From Macrostomum lignano (taxonomy: Eukaryota), in contig NIVC01001255.1 in the NCBI GenBank assembly GCA_002269645.1, positions 203,643-267,642 of the forward strand: a DNA stretch of 64,000 nt. The letters run 5' to 3'. The notes under the pieces are model-generated. The model saw only the letters and a list, made by a program, of their open reading frames with translations. It searched no databases and was not told the DNA's origin. This document shows positions 61,581 through 64,000 of the stretch, one piece after another. The position numbers and the translations under genes were made by a program. How positions within the stretch are numbered: the first letter of the stretch is position 1; every line of letters starts with the position of its first letter.

Positions 61581-64000
61581 CTTTGTCTTCAAACTCTGAG
61601 GTCGTAGCCAACGGCTTCGGCTCAGGTGTCTGTTCCTCCAACGTGCGAACCAACTCCAGATAGGCCTCTGTCTTGGCGCGCCGTGCGGCTGCCTCCTCGT
61701 CGGCGGTGTACGATCGAGCTACGCCGTGCGTCGGATCCACGGCCGCAACCAGTTCGGGCTCATCTGCGGACTCCGCTGGCGCAGCAACATCCGATGCTGC
61801 CCGCGGCGCCGGCCTTGCAGCCTTTGAAATCGGAGGTCCGCTGTAGTCCGGCAGGGCCAATTCCAGAGTGCAGATTGCCGCAGTCGTCGCGGAGGTCGTC
61901 TGCGGCTCGGCCAGGAAGGCGACGCGTCCAGCGGCCGGCTGGTCGGCGTCGCGGGGTCGAGCGCCGCAGGTGAGGCGGTTTTCTCGGAAAGCACGGACGG
62001 TGAAGAACGGCGGCTGCTGTAGCTGGTGCTGCTGCTGGTGATCGAACAGACCGCGAGGCTCGGCCGCCACATGGAAGGCGGTCAGATTGTCTAAACCTTC
62101 TATCCACAACGGCCGACCGTCGAGGATTTCAACTTCGCGCGATTCCGCCTTCCGCTCGAAGCCCTGCGCCGTCTCCAGAGTTTTGTCCGCCTGTTGATTG
62201 TTGCGAGTCGCGGCCGTGCATCGATTTTGGTTTGCACTTGAAAGCTAAGCACATTTGGCTAGGTTAGATACTAGATAGAAAGGATATCCTTCAACGATTA
62301 CATGTAGAATTATGTCAGGGCCGCTGTACACCCCTTGGCTCCGTAGCTAAATCTCCTTCACAAATTCTTTTTCAAGAAAACGAAACTACTAATTTTCACC
62401 TTAGTATCAATTGCTAAATCATGTTTGAATCCCTTAGGTTTTATCCCTTCTAATAATCTCTCCCTTACCCGGTCATCCGTGATGCAGAGGCAGCGAAGTC
62501 GAGCCTCATCCGGGTGAGTCCTCTTGGCGTAGACCACAAAGCGGCCCATGTAGGGCACGGCAGCGGCCTCCCTGTACAGCTTGCCGGCCATCTCGGCGGC
62601 TTCGGCCGGGTTCTGACAGTCGACTAGCCAAAATCTGGCGCTCACCGTTGTAGTGAAAGACACGCTGTCCTTGACGTGGGACAGCGCTGTAGAACCGGTG
62701 ATGTCTTCCCAGGTGGCCGGCTGAGCGCCACCAGTGATGCTGCATAGCAGGCGAAGCGTCTGCGACGCGCCCAACCCTGACGCCGACGCGGCCGACGGCA
62801 GCGGCAGGGTGAGAGTGATCGGCTTGTGAAATTTACGCCGACGCGGCTCGATGGTCACCACCGGGAGGCGGCGATTCGACGCTGGCCAGCGCCGCCGAAC
62901 AGGCGGGCAGCCGCCTCCGACGGGATCGGGAATACCTGTAAACGGTTTTGAATATCCGTTGTACTTTTAGGGACTCTTCTTTGTACTATTAAGGACTCTC
63001 TGTTGTACTTTTAAGGACTCTGTTGTACTTTAAGGGACTCTCTGTTGTACTTTTAAGGACTTTCTTTTGTACTTTAGAGACTCCCTGTTGTACTATTAGG
63101 GACTCTCTATTGTACTTTTAATGACCTCACTCTTGTACTTTTAGGGACTCTCTGTTGTACTTTTAGTGACTCTCTAAAGCACACACGACAAGCCAGAAGC
63201 ACTCATTTAAAGACTAAGTATAGGTCAAGTCAGTGCAAGCGCACTCTGGAAAAGGATTAAAAACGCAAGTTGACAGACTCCATGGTCCAAAAAAGCTTGA
63301 CAGAAAAGTGGCACCAATTCAGACGCCAGTTCAAACCTGAACTCCAACTCGAATCTTCTTGGTCAAGGCGCCGTCCGGGAACACAGACTGGACGCGTCCG
63401 TTGGCCAGGCTGGCGCCAATAACGCCGCCCTCCGGACCGATCAGGGCCGCCTCCTGTCGGAGCCGCGTCACCAAGGCGAAGTACTGCGGGGCTGGCAGTC
63501 AGGATGCGTACGATGCGCCTCTGGCGCAGCTCTTCGTTGCTCTCCAACGGGCTGCCAAAGAAGCCGCCAATGACGTCTAGCACAGCCTGCTCGGAGGCCT
63601 CAAGAGCGTGCTCTTTCCAGGTTTCACCTGTGTCCGATCTGACAGGTACGGGATGTGATGTCTGCACTGTTATGTCTATGGCCTAACTTTGACAGAGCGA
63701 GAGCGAGCACAGTACCGCAAAGCAGCCGACTATTTAAAATTCATCTTTCTTACTTGAATTTCGTTGGAGATTCGCTCTCACCTGTAGACCACAATCTCCC
63801 TCTCAGAGTTCCTCAGCGCGGCCATGTGCGGCACCTCGAGCAGCACGGGACTGGCGAAGCTCCGGCAGCTGCAGCCGAACTCCAGGATCCGGCAGCGCGA
63901 GGCCTCGCCGTCGTTTCAGCTGCGGCGGCCGGCTCACCCGGCCGGGGCGGAGCAGGCGGCACGTGACTCGGTTGGCCGGTGGCCGCGTTCGGCGGCACCA
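61581..64000 (-). CDS. ank: Ankyrin spectrin-binding region exons (ZU5-A, ZU5-B, UPA), with frameshifts in this sequence
   Basis: Exons are >64000-63782, 63638-63337, 62935-62469 and 62190-61581. Motifs include [125 protein letters not shown] and AFRENRL. Confidence 0.93.
62955..63175. repeat. About 23-bp diverged minisatellite (GGGACTCTCTGTTGTACTTTTA) in an ankyrin intron
   Basis: About 10 copies anchored on GTACT. Confidence 0.8.

Overview
This is eukaryotic (metazoan) DNA with GT-AG introns and a very high tandem-repeat load. The Q/A-rich coding style and repeat content suggest a free-living flatworm such as Macrostomum, but that is inference. The main gene is a giant ankyrin on the minus strand from about 46.0 kb to the window end. 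It has ZU5-ZU5-UPA exons (several frameshifted), six symmetric phase-1 cassette exons, a 9.6-kb giant exon with about 85 copies of a 14-15 aa repeat and LIR-like motifs, and three candidate C-terminal exons; no death domain is visible. Other genes are an intronless class A GPCR (4698-6227), a 7-exon GnRH/AKH/corazonin-family receptor (16950-21010, all splice phases consistent), a two-exon acidic CS/p23-like gene (23807-25194, minus) and two orphan ORFs. Mobile DNA includes tRNA-derived CORE-type SINEs, a CpG-depleted BEL/Pao gag relic, two P-superfamily (THAP) non-autonomous elements with perfect 8-bp TSDs (one nested in another TIR element), a LINE 3' fragment and hAT-like ends. Tandem DNA includes a 13.6-kb 17-bp satellite with higher-order structure, a 1.9-kb (ATCT)n tract and about ten minisatellites. 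The very long ORFs in the repeat arrays are artefacts. All counts were made by eye and are approximate.
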